Numbered from the whole stretch's first letter, positions 23,645 through 37,892 are shown. The stretch: 63,577 bases of DNA, filler included, from Octopus bimaculoides (GCF_001194135.2; 6 parts of 5 records of this genome joined end to end with filler, not necessarily neighbours in it); one strand, 5' to 3'. Notes: generated from the letters alone by a model not told the origin. A program made the numbers and translations.

Positions 23645-24305
23645 TTAAAATTTATGTAAAATGTGATCTGTGCTGTTGAGGACAGTGTTTTGAATTTCAT
23701 AGATGCAGGGTTTACGAGAGATGTTTTCAAGAAACTTATTTATACCTTTCTTTTTGAATCAAAGTGTGCCAATTACAACTGGGGTTGTTTGTGTCTTCAG
23801 TTTCCACATTCTGTTAATCTCAGTTCCTAGGTCTTTGTACTTCACAAGATTGTCATAATCTGTAGTAGATATATTTTTGTCAGATAGCATAACCATGTTA
23901 ACGAATAGGCATGTTTTATTTTTAAAATATTTAATGATAATATCAAGCTGATTTGTGTTTATGGTGTGGTCTGTGTGGCATGTAAAAATTCCATAAAATT
24001 GTTGTGCTTCTTTGCTTCAATTACTGGTAAGGAATAGTGTTCATATGAGTTTTTAGCATGCATTACATGATAATATTTGTATAATGTCCAGTGAATATAC
24101 TGGATATCGTTTAGTTTTATTTTCAGTTGGAGCCAAGTTGGAACATACTGGAATTATATGATCTATTGTCTCCACTTGTTTCTCATAGATTCTGCATTTT
24201 GGATCTTCTCTATTTTTGAGGATGTTTACTTGGTAATTATTTTACAAACAAGTTCTGGTCTTGACAGCAAAGAGGAATCCTTCTGTTTTGGTTTCAATCA
24301 TGAGT
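23645..24305 (-). mobile_element. R4/Dong-like RLE LINE 3' fragment
   Basis: ETKTEGFLFAV; DPKCRI..ETIDHII; YIHWTL; KYKDLGTEINRMWKLKTQTTPVVIGTL; several frameshifts. Confidence 0.8.
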
Positions 24306-24579
24306 TTCATAGCCATTAATTGACTCCTAGAAGGATGAATGGCAAAGTTGACCTCAGCATTAACTCCAACTCTCGAATAATTTGTGGTTAGTCAACACCA
24401 GCATCCTTGGTACAAAGTGAATAAGGTCTTACAGAGGGTGTAAAGAGATAGAACTACTACCACAAAACATTTTTTCTGATACTCTAATGAGTCTGCAAAT
24501 TCACTGCCCCTTTCCAGGAAAAAAATAAAAATTTTACACACTTCCTGAATTACTGGTACTCCAACAGTTATGATGATGA

Positions 24580-24860
24580 AGGTGCCAGTTGATTTGATCA
24601 ATGGAACAGCCTGTTTGTGGAATTAACATGCAAGTGGCTGAGCACTCCACAGGCATGTGTACCCTTAATGTAATTCTCATGGAGATTCCGCATGACACAG
24701 AATGTGACAAGGCTGACCCTTTGAATTTCAAGCACAACTCATTTTTGCCAGCTGAGTGGACTGGAGCAATGTGAAATAAAGTTCTTTGCTCAAAGACACA
24801 ACGAGCCACTGGGAATTGAACTTATGACCTTATGATCATAAGCCTAATATCCCTAACCAC
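24580..24860 (-). mobile_element. SINE family C, CpG-decayed copy
   Basis: Homology to 19425-19802 with many CG to TG/CA changes. Confidence 0.8.
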
Positions 24861-25039
24861 TAAGCCACATACCTTCAATCACTATTATACATTGCATCAG
24901 AGGACACTGGTGTTCCCTTCTAAATATCTTGAAGCAATCATGACTACAAAGCACTCATGACATTACTGTAGATGATGGTTAAGGCTGATGCACTGAAACA
25001 AGTAACTACTTTCCTACATATTATTTTATATTTCTACCT

Positions 25040-25345
25040 TTTACTTGTTTTAATCATATTGACTGTAGTCATGCTGGAGCACCACCTTGAAGGGTTTTTA
25101 GTCAAACAAACTGACCCTAGAACTTATTCTATTGATCTTTTTTGCCGATTGCTAAGTTAGAGGGATGTAAACACACCAACACTGGTTGTCAAGCAGTGGT
25201 GCAAGACACACACACACACACACATACACATGATGGACTTCTTTCAGTTTCCGACAACCATATCCACTCACAAAGCTTTGGCTAGCCTGTGAGTATAGCC
25301 AAAGATACTTACTTACTCCCACGCAGTGGGACTGAACCTGGAACC
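25040..25345 (-). mobile_element. SINE family B, CpG-decayed copy
   Basis: Homology to 28780-29200. Confidence 0.8.
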
Positions 25346-26544
25346 AGCCACACACAAAAAAAAAAAAAATGGAAATGGTTTTATTTTGGCAAATATTTGG
25401 AACCAATTAAAAAAGAAGGGAATTGGGGAAGATAACATACTGAATTTATTCAATCAACAGAAAACAGGTTACAAGGATACGTAGAGTATGGAAAAGATTA
25501 AAACAGCCAAAGCTTAGAAGATGATGCAAAGAAGATATGATCAATATTTTATGAAACTTTGTTCTTAGTGTTTTCTTGAGGTGTAGTGACTACAAACTTG
25601 AAATTGCTTGAATTGAAACCATACTAACAGCATTTGTATTTTGTTTTGGGCAAGACAAATAAGTTAGCTTGTCTAAGTGTGTCTGACTTATAGCCAAGCT
25701 CTGAGCAAGGCACATAACTCTGTTTGCCTCAATCTGTAAGACTCACAAATGTTTGACAGATTCTGCATGACTGTTTCAACCAGCAGTAATAGTAACTTCA
25801 AGATATAGGTAGATAAAAATACATTTTTGGGGACAATCTTTCAATTATTTAGTGTGAGGAAAAAACATGGTAGACCCTCTTATTACAAAAACAAAACAAA
25901 AGACATCAACCTACAAATCTACCCTGTCCAAAATGCCAAATAAAAAGCCTATGTTAATAATAATATATCTATAATATAAATTGGACATTGGCGATCATTG
26001 TATTCTTTCTTGTCTTGAGGTTCACAGCCAAACAGCTGGGTGGATTTGCGTGAAAAATGGCACACATATGCAGACGGGTGCATAGATTGAAATGCGGTTT
26101 GTATTTTTTTCCTAGCCCACATACTGAGAAAATCAATTAAAACTTTTTCTAATGGAATTCCCCTCTTTGTTCCGTCATTAAAACAATCAGTTGCTCACAC
26201 AGCTGGCATATACCATTTCACTAGCAACAAGGGGAGTCCAAGATGACAGTCAGCCAAAACTTTCGCTATGCTGTCTCTCTTCTTTCACCTCTTTGTGGGG
26301 TTAATAATCTTAATTTTTAGTTACAGTTTCTCATTCAAACTACATAATAGGCAGAATTGTCGGATTAAGACAGTAGGGTGTTTTGAGGGAGATTTGGCTG
26401 TTATTTCTACCAGGTCTAGCTACCAAGTAGAGGTCTGAATTTAATTTTCATTCACATATTTGCATTTCAAAAATTTAACAATCTTTTCCATAAATCAACT
26501 ATCATAAACACATACACACGTGCAAGCACGCATGCACACACATA

Positions 26545-26583
<39 letters not shown>

Positions 26584-27914
26584 TCATTTCATATATCTTC
26601 TTTCAATTTCTGCTCTCTGCAAATAAAATTTTTACGGATACAGCTACTTACAAAAATAGGGATTAATGTATAATATCTTTCTATGTTCATAATTAAATCA
26701 ATGTTTTAATGATTAGACAGGGGTCCAATAGAATAGCTCTCAGAAACAGACTATGTACAAATTCATTCTTCACAACTCCTGAAGCTGTTTTCTGACAAGG
26801 GGGTGGGGAGTCAGGAAATTTTCATACAGCTGGAGGCGCCAATCAAAACAGAAATGTTGTTATAGCTTATGCCTAACTGAAATTGATCACAGTCACATTA
26901 TCCAAACAGACCGGGTGAAATAGGGCTTAGCTGCTAGTTCCATTCATAAAAGCTATAACCGAAAATCTTATGAGCTGCTATTTGATTAATTAAAGAAAAT
27001 ACCTTTCACATACAACAGTTATATATAGTTCAAATTTACAGAAAACAAAAGACTTGTACTATACTCTACTAACATGATCCAGAGACAAACTAGAGCAAGA
27101 TATGAAGAGCCATTATGGGTTGCAGGCTCAGGAATATGAGAGAGTCATGATCTCAAGTAAGTGCTAGCAAAACATGTTCAATACCATTCCTTGCATATCT
27201 GGTTTTGTATCAGAGTGGCCTTCTCCTAGAGACATGCTTTTACAAAAACTGAGAGGTGCCTCACTCCCAATGGTCTTCCAGCATGCCAGACAGCAACCTA
27301 GAATTTCTGAAGGCCTATGCTATCGATAGATAGTCATTAAACCTATACTAGGTTCATCTGTCCTTTTGACAGGTCTTGTTTTTTATCCTGCTGGGGTTCT
27401 AGCAACCTTCTTCATCAGGCAACAGGTTGCAATCTGACCATACAACAGGTTGCACTAGATTCCATTTTACCAGTAGCACTCATGAGAGACATCACAAGTG
27501 ATGCAACATTTCAACATCTGACATGTTGTACACTTGTGCACCTGCACAGGTAATGTAGATTTCATGGAGGGAGTGCAGCAGAAGTATTTGATCACAATAA
27601 ATAAATCATTTGTGTAGGTTGTTCAACAAAAGCTGAACACTCATACATCATCTTCAGCGGGAGAGTCCATATATATTTATACTTAGATAAAGATAGTTAT
27701 GCCTGGTCTATGGGGCTACCCAAGGTTTTGCTTCCATAAAGTACTTAGCTTAATATCCCATTAGACCCTAATGGCTGGTGGCTTACAACTTCTCTTTAAA
27801 GAGGAGGAAGAAAAGACCTCTTTACTTGTTGAATACACAGACAAAAGAGAGGGGGTCAATTGCAAGTGACTGTCTCCTTTGGGCTGCAATCTTGAATCCA
27901 CATAGTCAGCTTGT

Positions 27915-28143
27915 GGGTCCCAGGATTTCAGTAGGAATTGCCTGAAGTGTAAGCAGGATCCAAAGACTTCCATCTTGGAATTTAAGATGTTCTCTGAGTC
28001 GAGGGAGCTCATTAATATGCTTGCCTGTTCAACTATACACAGCTTGCTCCTGTTGATGTAGGGAACTGGTTTTCCTAGGATCTTTCATGGGATTACATGT
28101 GAAGTCCCCTTGTCCTTCAGGTACCACACATAGCTGGCTAAGG
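27915..28143 (-). pseudogene. Penelope-like element, C-terminal (post GIY-YIG) fragment
   Basis: LASYVWYLKDKG..IP*KI...PY...KLCIVEQASIL...ENILNSKMEVFGSCLHFRQFLL; aligns by eye with the ORF at 51405-51746. Confidence 0.7.
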
Positions 28144-28191
28144 ATACATATATGTATCCATGCCAGCATGGGACATGGATGTTGATGTACA

Positions 28192-28245
<54 letters not shown>

Positions 28246-28265
28246 GCTAGCTAGCTAGCTAGCTA

Positions 28266-28308
<43 letters not shown>

Positions 28309-28320
28309 GTCTATCTGTCT
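28192..28320 (+). repeat. (TCTA)n-(GCTA)n-(TCTG)n compound microsatellite
   Basis: Direct reading. Confidence 0.9.
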
Positions 28321-28349
28321 ATACACACACATATACATATGTAACTATA

Positions 28350-28770
28350 TGCATATGGGTGCAATGGGTAAATTGTCATGATGTGTAAATTTATATTTTT
28401 AATTTCATGCATGCACATTGTTTACAGTTGATTTTGTCAACTACACAGTATAGTAGGGTCAGTTGGGCACTGTATGTGAGAAAAACAGACACGATGCTAT
28501 TCACACAGTCAGAAATTTGGAAATAAAATGCTGTATTGCTTGGCATTTGTACTGGAAGCTCCTGTATGAATTTTTCAGAGTGTTTGGTTGTCAATCTGAG
28601 GATAGTGCAGAGGATTCGGAAAGAGTTGGATGAGTTTAATGGTGATTATGAAAGTCATTCTGATGAGAATGACTCTAGACATTCTGATCATTCTGATAAG
28701 AAAAGAACTCCTGAATTTGTTGGTAAGATCTAGGCCATGTTTGACAATGATCCCACCAAGTCAATCAGTG
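28350..28770 (+). pseudogene. Tc1/mariner-superfamily element, 5' part with HTH region
   Basis: LGICTGSS..NFSECLVVNLRIVQRIRKELDE...DKKRTPEFVGKI*AMFDNDPTKSI. Confidence 0.5.
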
Positions 28771-28779
28771 TTATTTTCA

Positions 28780-29200
28780 TTTTTATTCTTTTCTTTTACT
28801 TGTTTGTCATTTGACTGCGGCCATGCTGGAGCACGGCCTTTTAGTCGAGTAAATTGACCTCACGACTTATTTTTTTGTAAGCCTAGTGCTTACTCTATCG
28901 TTCTCTTTTGCAAAACCGCTAAGTTATGGGGACGTAAACACACCAACATCGGTTGTCAAGCGATGGTGAGGGGACAAACACAGACACACAAACATATACA
29001 TACATACATACAAACACGCATATATATATATATATATATACGCGACGGGCTTCTTTCAGTTTCCGTCTACCAAATCCACTCACAAGGCTTTGGTCGGCCC
29101 GTGGCTCTAGTAGAAGACACTTGCCCAAGGTGTCACGCAGTGGGACTGAACCCGGAACCATGTGGTTGGTAAGCAAGTTACTTCCCACATAGCCACTCCG
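28780..29200 (-). mobile_element. SINE family B (CORE-like tRNA SINE), full-length young copy
   Basis: Head GGAGTGGCTATGTGG..GGTTCCGGGTTCAGTCCC, then ACCTTGGGCAAGT resembling the CORE domain, internal (TA)/(TG) tract, conserved tail. Confidence 0.9.
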
Positions 29201-29399
29201 TAATTTAGACAATTTATTCACAGCACCTTGTACATACACACACATGATGCTATTGATATATTTGACATGAGATCATTCAGTTAGTCATTCTATTATCAAT
29301 ACAATAGCACATGATTTTACGCTGTGAGTGCTTTTACCCCAGTCATTAAAAAAGTTAAATATTTCAGTGTGACGGCGAAATTTTACTCCATTTCTATCA

Positions 29400-30862
29400 A
29401 ACTGATTATAATATACTATCACACTAAATAAATTTACTAATAGTACTTTGAGACGACAGTAGTAGTGGTAGTAGTAATTATAATAATCTTGAGCAGATTC
29501 GTCAACAGTTCAATTTAGTTCATAGTAGCGGCTGTCGTTGTAGTAGTGGAGGGGTTGAATAAAAACTTCGACTTTAGTCGAGGCCATCATTACTCCCATC
29601 CTGTTTCAGCAATCGCTTCCATACATTTATAGTTAGTCTAGTTTTGTCCAAGCTTCACGCATACTCGTATCTTGTTTAGTAAATAATGTATTGATGTCTA
29701 AAACACCTTATATTTTTTTTTCTGATTACTTAAATTATTTTACGTCTCTTTGCCTTGTTTCGCCTCCGAACCAGGAATATTACCAGCACAAAGTGAGTAT
29801 TTATTGATATGGTTCTTTCCTTTACGTCGCCGTATTACTATTTTATTATTAACTTTTGTTTAAATCTCGTATGTTAATCTCTCTTTCTCGCAATTACATA
29901 AGTAATTTAAGGAACTACTAAATAATTTAAGGTACTAGTAGTACCGTTATTTAATTTTGTTAGTGTATTTCTAACTAAAGTACCTTAACTTGTAATTACA
30001 TACTTTCAATATATAGAGACAAAAAGTATGTGTATGAAACTATTTTAAATAAAATTACATCGTGTTGTTTTCTACAAGTTCACTGTTCGAATATCTTCGT
30101 ACACGTACCTATTGTTTAAATTTTCTCTTGTATTTTGTTTTGTATTTTGATGTGAAAATAAACTCTCAGTATCTTGTGGAAAGCAATTTTCATCGTCTTT
30201 AAATGAATGAACCAAACCGCCTTGAAATACACGTGTACGTACATGCGCTAATACTTTATTCGTTCGATCACTTTTACTCAACCTTAAATGTTTACTAAAT
30301 ATTTTAGTGCGTTGTTCGGATGTGGCCGCAGAGTAAGCAAAGATAGTTGTATGGACGGAGCGGAATGTCGTCCTACATATGAACCTCTCGGGCCTCTGGT
30401 TAGAAGTGAAGGCGGATCCCTCGTTTTATGCGAGTTGTCCTGTCCTATAAAACAATTAAGTAGCCACTAGTTTCATGGAACGTTTTGGATGGCATGCTTG
30501 TATTAATAATTAGATTAGAATGAGTTTATTTTGCGATGTGAGTTTACGATGATTTGGCTAAAGTATGTCAGACTGAAGCATCTAATTGTAGTATTTCGCA
30601 GTGGATTGTTATGGGACAGAGCCCAAAATAACATGTCGGCGATTTGAAGGAGGATGAAAATTGCTGATGCATTGTTATTCTATTTTACCAGTTTCTAAAA
30701 TGTTTAATATTCGCCTCTTTTCTTACGGATCTTGTACCAAATAAAGAAATCTTTACAAAGCTCCCGTTTATAGTTGCCTGATCAAACTGTCATACTGATA
30801 TAACGTCATTTTTATCATTTGTGTTTCTCATTCGAAACTCTACTAAGCACCTCGAACCTTTT

Positions 30863-30900
<38 letters not shown>
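29400..30900. promoter_or_regulatory. CpG-rich unique block, candidate promoter or first-exon region
   Basis: About 21 CpG in 30061-30480 versus 2 in 21601-22200 (hand count); donor-like sites AAA/GTGAGT (+, about 29791), AGA/GTAAGC (+, about 30332), AG/GTACGT (-, 30108). Confidence 0.35.

Positions 30901-30928
<28 letters not shown>
30865..30928 (+). repeat. (TA)n microsatellite
   Basis: Direct reading. Confidence 0.95.
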
Positions 30929-30933
<5 letters not shown>

Positions 30934-32169
30934 GACTTACTGTGGACAAGGCTGCGTAGCGTTCGATTATATATATGGGTGTCAGTGCATTCGTTAAACT
31001 TTTGACAAGCCCTTGCATATGATTTCTATTCTTCGTTGGTGGAAATAAACTTATTTCCATTATATCACTTTGACTCTTCTAAAACTTACAAGATCTTTTT
31101 TTTTAGCTGGTACAAAAAAAGAACTAACTACAAGAGTCCTAGTCCCTCACCCCGAAAAAATACAAAGAAAACATGATTATAACTAATAAATTATTCGTTT
31201 AATTTACGAATATTTTATTTCAGTTAATTTATGCTTCCTCTTCAATTATCTTTGTTCATTTGAGCATGAATTTAAAATCCTTCTTCTAAAATAGATTTAT
31301 TCTTTAACCATACCGTCTTTAGAAGGGTCTTTGGTTACGTGTTTTGAACATGAGATTCAGAATCTGAAAAATAAATAAAAGAACTGAGGTTTAAAAGTGC
31401 ACTTTAAACAATTATGACCAATTACTGTGTGTAAATTATTAAATATATTAGAATATAGTTTTCTATCCTTGCTTTACAGCAGCAATAAAAACCGCAATTT
31501 CGTTTCATTATCGTTTTTACGTTTGCTATTTTTCATGCGTGCATGGGGTGTTCGAGACTTGTTGCTTATTATCCAAAGGCTAGGTGCTCTTGCTGATCCC
31601 AACAATTCAACAGTTTCATTCTAAATCTTTGTAAGTCGAACAGCAGAGGTCTTGAAGGACTAAACATCACCTCTGTTGAAGTGGTGTCAGTGCGAAGACT
31701 TTGCGCGCATACACACACGTGTTCCACTCGCAAGGTATTGATTAACCAAAGGCTATAATAGAAGACAATCTCCCAAAGTGCCATGCTATGTGATTGAATA
31801 TGAATCCATGTGATTTGAGCAAACTTTTTCACAGCTATCTTATGCAAGACCAAATTTGTGTTGCATTGCAGTAGATATTGAAACACACAGGCATTAATTT
31901 TTAATCAAAAGAAAAACTTTTTATCAACCAATGGTACAATTAACTCAAATTGCACAATATAAAAGAAATATTGTTTCTGTTTTCCACTATTTAACACTTT
32001 CAGTATATGCATGTTGACATACTTTTGCACAATATATAATATTGCCAGTACTGCGTAGTCAGGTTTTACCCATTATACCCTTCAGACGTGTCTCAATTCA
32101 TCTGAAGCTACTAGAAATGTGTTCTGCAGAATGTGGTGTAGCAGGAATAGTTGCCAAAATACCAACCAT

Positions 32170-32345
32170 TTTGTTAAAGACTGGCATTACATAATGGTTT
32201 TAAGTTTTGGCACAAGGCCAGCAACTTCGGGGTGGGAGTGTGAGTCGATTACATTGACCTCAGTATTCAAATGGTACTTGTTTTATCGCCCCTTAAAGGA
32301 TGAAAAGTAAAGTTAACCATGGTCGAATTTGAACTCAGACTGTAA
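32170..32345 (-). mobile_element. SINE family A fragment
   Basis: + strand GGATGAAAAGTAAAGTTAACCATGGTCGAATTTGAACTCAG. Confidence 0.75.
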
Positions 32346-33011
32346 CATAATGAAAATTGTTCTTGTAAACAATTTCAACACCACTGTCTGAAGTTGCCTG
32401 AGAATCTGATGGATGTATTATATAGTCTGTAACAAATTGTGTTTAGATTGCCGTTACTGCCTTCAGACCTATATCAACACCATAGTATGATGCAACAAGT
32501 TGATATTGCTTATCAGGTAATTAATGATAATATAATAATGAGTACCGACTATGTTTTGGTCATTGCCATTAAAATGCAATTCCATTTCCACAAAAATCTT
32601 ATTCAGTCAGTGATGAAAGCCTTTGTTAGTCTGATCCGGTGGAACTTCTTTGTTGATCCATGGAACTGCTTCCTTGGATCAGAATCATGTACTTGGGATG
32701 ATGCCTATGACAGTTTAGTTTCACTTAACTTTTCAGTACATTTCCAAAATTAAAAAGTTTTCATGTCTAGTTAATAAGAGTTTTCCTTGTGGTTGTTCAT
32801 CTAGCCGTTGTAACATCCAGCCTTTCCTTACAGGTACTTGCTGAGGTTGCCTGTCTTTAACAATGTTATTATTACAAACAATGCAACTAAGAAGTCAAAA
32901 TCTTATAAGACATTCAATAATGTACAATTGTCTTTTTATGTCTTAGGTCTTGATCATTTCTTAAGTCAAACAATGCTTTTATTATCTGAGATAAATGCTT
33001 TTATTTTACCA

Positions 33012-33318
33012 CTAGCAGAGATACCCGGCGTTGCCCGTGTTACATGCAATTGAAAAATGAGACTTTTCTGTTATATTTTCTGTAAGGAACTGGAATACAT
33101 ATGATTCGAATTTCATCAAAATTGCACATGAGGGTTCTTTCCCTCTTTACACACCCTAAAAAAATTCTAATCATGAGACATGTATCCCATACTATTGATC
33201 TTTATGTGCATATTCCAAAATTTCAGTGTTCTGGAACCTGTAAAAAAGATTTTGCTCCTGCAAAATGGAGCTCATAGAGCTCTAAAATGTGGGAATGAAG
33301 GCCCCTATTGGGGGTGGG
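33012..33318 (-). mobile_element. Non-autonomous Helitron 3' end
   Basis: Minus ACACGGGCAACGCCGGGT imperfect hairpin just upstream of a CTAG/T terminus. Confidence 0.6.
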
Positions 33319-33418
33319 NNNNNNNNNNNNNNNNNNNNNNNNNNNNNNNNNNNNNNNNNNNNTTAATTAATTAANNNNNNNNNNNNNNNNNNNNNNNNNN
33401 NNNNNNNNNNNNNNNNNN

Positions 33419-33477
<59 letters not shown>

Positions 33478-33768
33478 CCCATCTTGTATAATATTTATGT
33501 AGCTTTAATAAATGTGTGTATATAATATTCTACTGTGAAATGTAGCGGTGTTTAGATCTTTAGTTTGTCGTTTCTGAATTTGGTCACGTGTGTGTGTGAA
33601 TGTGTGTGTGTGTGTGTTTTGTGTGTGTGTGTGTGGGTGTGCTTGTCACCCGCTCCGTTTCTCTTTTTTTCTGCGATTCTTTATGAGGGTCAAAATCTGA
33701 AAATTCACTTATGTAATTCTATATTCAGGTGAAGATCATTATGTAATCTCTCTTTCTCGACTTTTCTC

Positions 33769-33806
<38 letters not shown>

Positions 33807-33972
33807 TACACACACATACACACACGCTCACATACAAGCATACATACGCTCACATGCATACACACATATACACATATATACAATACCAAGTATATGTATA
33901 TATAGACATATATCTCCATCTATCTATCTATTTACATCCATACATACATACATACACAAGCACTAGACAGAC

Positions 33973-34010
<38 letters not shown>

Positions 34011-34014
34011 ATAT

Positions 34015-34045
<31 letters not shown>

Positions 34046-34222
34046 TTCCTCGCAGTTTCGTCTTTCAAATTCACTGATAACTTTTTGGGTGGTCTATTTG
34101 GGGTACATATAAAAAAAAAAACGTTTGTCCAAGATGCTGCGCACAGGGGTCGCCATCATATGAAGTTGCTCAACTGATTTTGGACATAAAAAGCGATACA
34201 AATAGTATATTTAATATAATGA

Positions 34223-34257
<35 letters not shown>

Positions 34258-34824
34258 TGTGTGTGTGTGTATACTTGTGTGTATGTATATACTGTGTGTG
34301 TGTGTGTATGTGTGTGTGTGTGGAAAGAGAGCAAAAGGCAGAAAGGAAGAAAGAGAGAAATCAATGAGAGAAAGAAACAATGAAGATCCGGACGGAAGGA
34401 AAGAAAATCGATATGTTCTATCGATACTTTATCTATATTTTAATAGTGAACAATCGATTGATTTAGTCACAGGGAAGAAGAGGCAGAAGAGAGAAGGGGA
34501 GATGGAGAGGAAGAACGGAGAGAAGGGGGCAAAAGACAGAGAAAAAGAGAAAGGAAGAGTGAGAGATATGAACAGTTTCTTAATGACTGCCTTTAAAATA
34601 TGCATGTCATCATCATTAGTGGGTGATGGTCACTACTTCTGCTATTGTTAGATCAATAGAATATGGAACGTCTTTACAGTGGGCGCTAGGTTCGTAAGGA
34701 AACGTTGTAGTGGTTGTTGTTGCTGTTGTTGTTGGTTTTTAGTTCCAGGCAAATCCTAATTAAAGAACGGCTCAGCCACTTTGTTCCTTTCTTTCAACAA
34801 TATTGGACCACTATGCGTCTTTAC

Positions 34825-34950
34825 GTTCTTAGGTTCAAATTCCGCCGAGGTCGACTTTGCTTTTCATCCTTTCGGGGTCGATAAATTTAAGTACCAGTTG
34901 CGTACTGGGGTCGATCTAATCGACGGGCCTTGTGCCTAGAGTAGAAAAGA
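34825..34950 (+). mobile_element. SINE family A
   Basis: GGTTCAAATTCCGCCGAGGTCGACTTTGCTTTTCATCCTTTCGGGGTCGATAAATTTAAGTACCAG. Confidence 0.9.
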
Positions 34951-35477
34951 ATATTGGACCACTATATATGGCTAAATGTGCATATAGGACCATTTTATTG
35001 AATGTCCTTTTCTGTTTTGTACGTCGATAGGATGTGATTTGTGAAAGATTATTGAGAAAAGGACAAGAAAAAATTGCAAGGTTCACCTTGGATATTAAGG
35101 TGTTTTTGAAGTCTTTACGGGCTTCTTGCGGTTACCATCCTTAATATTTGTATTATGGTTACAAGATCATAAATTAAGTAGGGGTATCTCTCACTCTCCA
35201 CTTATATATGTACGATGCCTATAAGCGCCAATAATCATGGATCTCCTAGACAAAGTCTGAAGATTCCATAATTTTTTCTTGGGAAAGATACAGAAATGGT
35301 TTCTTGATGCCTCTTGCCATTTTATTTACAGTTTACTCCGTTAGGTCCCTGCCCTCTTCTGTTTATCCTTGAAGTTCAGAGCCTATTTAATTTTTAGACA
35401 GGATTATTGAATTACTTGGCAAAAGAGCATGCCCACACAGCCCTAATCCTGTATGCAATATACCTTTATCAGAGAAC

Positions 35478-35666
35478 TACCGCATTTGATGACTTATAAA
35501 ATGCACTCTTTTTTTTGGCAGAAAAACGTCTCAAAAAATCACTCCGGGTCTTATTTGCGAAATCAGGTCTCCCATTAGCTAATTTTGTCCCAAATTTGGA
35601 ATATACGCTACTGAATTTAGGGTGCGTTTAATACGCCTGTACGTCTTTTGTGCCATCAAATACTGC
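35478..35666. mobile_element. Possible MITE with degenerate TIRs of about 25 bp
   Basis: Left CCGCATTTGATGACTTATAAAATGCA versus reverse complement of right end CAGTATTTGATGGCACAAAAGACGTA. Confidence 0.35.
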
Positions 35667-35744
35667 ATAGGTACCAAATCGATTTCCCGGTTCCAGGTTT
35701 TACCGAACCAGTGGTGGTGAACTTGAGCAGCACATTCCATTATA

Positions 35745-36070
35745 AACAAATAGTCGACCCCCAGAACTTATTCCTTGTAAGCCCAGTACTTATTCTATCG
35801 GTCCCTTTGCCAAGCCGCTAATGTTACGGAGATGTAAACACACCAGCATCGGTTGTCAAGCGATGGTGAGGGGACAAACACAGACGTACAAACAGACACA
35901 CACATTATATATACATATATACGACGGGCTTCGTTCGGTTTCCGTCTACCACATCCACTCACAAGGCTTTGGTCAGCCCGAGACTATAGTAGAAGACACT
36001 TGCCCATTGTGCCACGCAGTGAGACTGAACCCGGGACCATGCAGTTGGGCAGCATGCTTGTTACCAGTGA
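35745..36070 (-). mobile_element. SINE family B
   Basis: Homology to 28780-29200. Confidence 0.85.
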
Positions 36071-37838
36071 GGTACGCAAACAGTCATACACATATAAGTA
36101 TGCGCATTCAAACATACTCACGAACACTGATGTCACACCCTTAGCGATGTTATACGCATAGACAGACACGTGCATACAAGCATACCCACTCGTAGTCGCG
36201 TGTATACAATGCAGCGCTCATGCATGCACACGTGCGTGCGCGCACACACAAGCTCGCATCTCACATGTGCGCACACGCATTCATAGACGTGAATCCACGC
36301 ACGCTCACACACACACTCATACGGATGCATACCCGCATACACCATAAATCGAGAAAACGCATACATACATATAGATATACATACATATAGATATACGTAC
36401 GAACATACATACAGTACATACATATAGATGGACATACATACATATTAGCATATATACATATAGACAAATATACATACATAAATGAATACATGTAAACATA
36501 TATACATACGTACACACAGAGATAAACATTCATGCATACATACGTACATACATACATACATACATATAGACATATATACATACATATAGACAGACATACA
36601 CGCGGACACACGCACATATACACAGATACATGCAGTCACATATACTAACACACGCAGAAGTACATACATGTACAAATGGACGCGCGCGCACACACATAAT
36701 TAAACACACATTCGCATACAGATAAAAAGCATACACAGACATACATTCATAGACACACACACGCACACAGATACACAAAAACATACAGATAAACACACAC
36801 ACACACACAAAACTGNNNNNNNNNNNNNNNNNNNNNNNNNNNNNNNNNNNNNNNNTTCGCATACAGATAAAAAGCATACACAGACATACATTCATAGACA
36901 CACACACGCACACAGATACACAAAAACATACAGATAAACACACACACACACACAAAACTGGAAGAAAAAGTCACTGCGAAATAGCGTACGAGAGAGTAGA
37001 GAGGAGGAGGTGTCATTAAGAGGAAGTGTATTTAGGGAGGTGTGGGTGGAGGGAGAGAGAAGAAAAACTATGTAATTTAGATAAGAGTACGTTGTTGAGA
37101 AAGTGTGAGCGAGGAGGAAGTGTAAGGTATAGAGATGATAGAAAGAGGGGGGGGGGTGAAGATGTACAGATTATAGAGAGGGGGAGAGAGAGACGGTAAG
37201 ATGGGGAGTGAATTGTGTGTTAAGTTTGAAGGAGAGAGAGAGAGAGGGGGAGAGATAGATATATAGATAGATGGTTAGAGATAGATAGATAGATAAGATA
37301 GATAGATAGATAAATAGATAGACAGATAGATAGATAGATATGTAGGAAGGTAGGTAGAGAGAGAAAGAGTAAGAGAGAAATAATTGAATGAATTCGAGAA
37401 ATCAATGAGAAGGGAAAAGAAAAAGAACGTTAAAGATATGTGAAGAGAGAGAGAGAGAGGGAGAGAAGAGAATGAATAAGAGAAAAGAAAGAAAAAGGGA
37501 GGAAAATTGAGCAATGCGTGAGAGGAAAAGGTGGAGGAGGAGTCTTTATCTTAAGACAGGAGATAAAAAGCACGGAGAAAGAGAGACGATATGAGGGAGG
37601 AGAGACGAAGAAAGGGGGGGAGAGGGAGAAGAAAATAAAGGAAGGGTTGGTGGTGCTCCAGCATGGCCGCAGTCTCTGGGCTGAAACCAATAAGTACAAC
37701 ACACACACATGTACACACGAACACGCACAAACATGCACACGCACACACGCAAATGCGCGCGCACTCACTTATATAGATATACATATATATCTGGGACAGA
37801 TATATATAGAGAGAGAGAGGGAGGGTGAGTGAGTGTGA

Positions 37839-37892
<54 letters not shown>

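Noticed and set aside
27400-27670. CTGAAGATG...CATGAAA and CTGATGAAG downstream of the PLE tail
   Set aside because: The position is plausible for ribozyme relics, but stems I and III cannot be formed; too decayed to support.
28652-28675. Perfect 8-bp hairpin AGTCATTC-TGATGA-GAATGACT containing CTGATGAG
   Set aside because: The core-like 7-mer sits in a loop with no stem II or GAAA; lies inside a transposase remnant.
32330-32530. Minus-strand YYGVDIGLKAVTAI resembling a TnpB/Fanzor RuvC-I motif
   Set aside because: Short motif followed by a stop, with no RuvC-II/III, zinc finger or long ORF; likely chance. A blastx would settle it.
32439-32753. 104-aa plus-strand ORF in unique sequence
   Set aside because: Length is expected by chance in a window this size; no recognisable domain.
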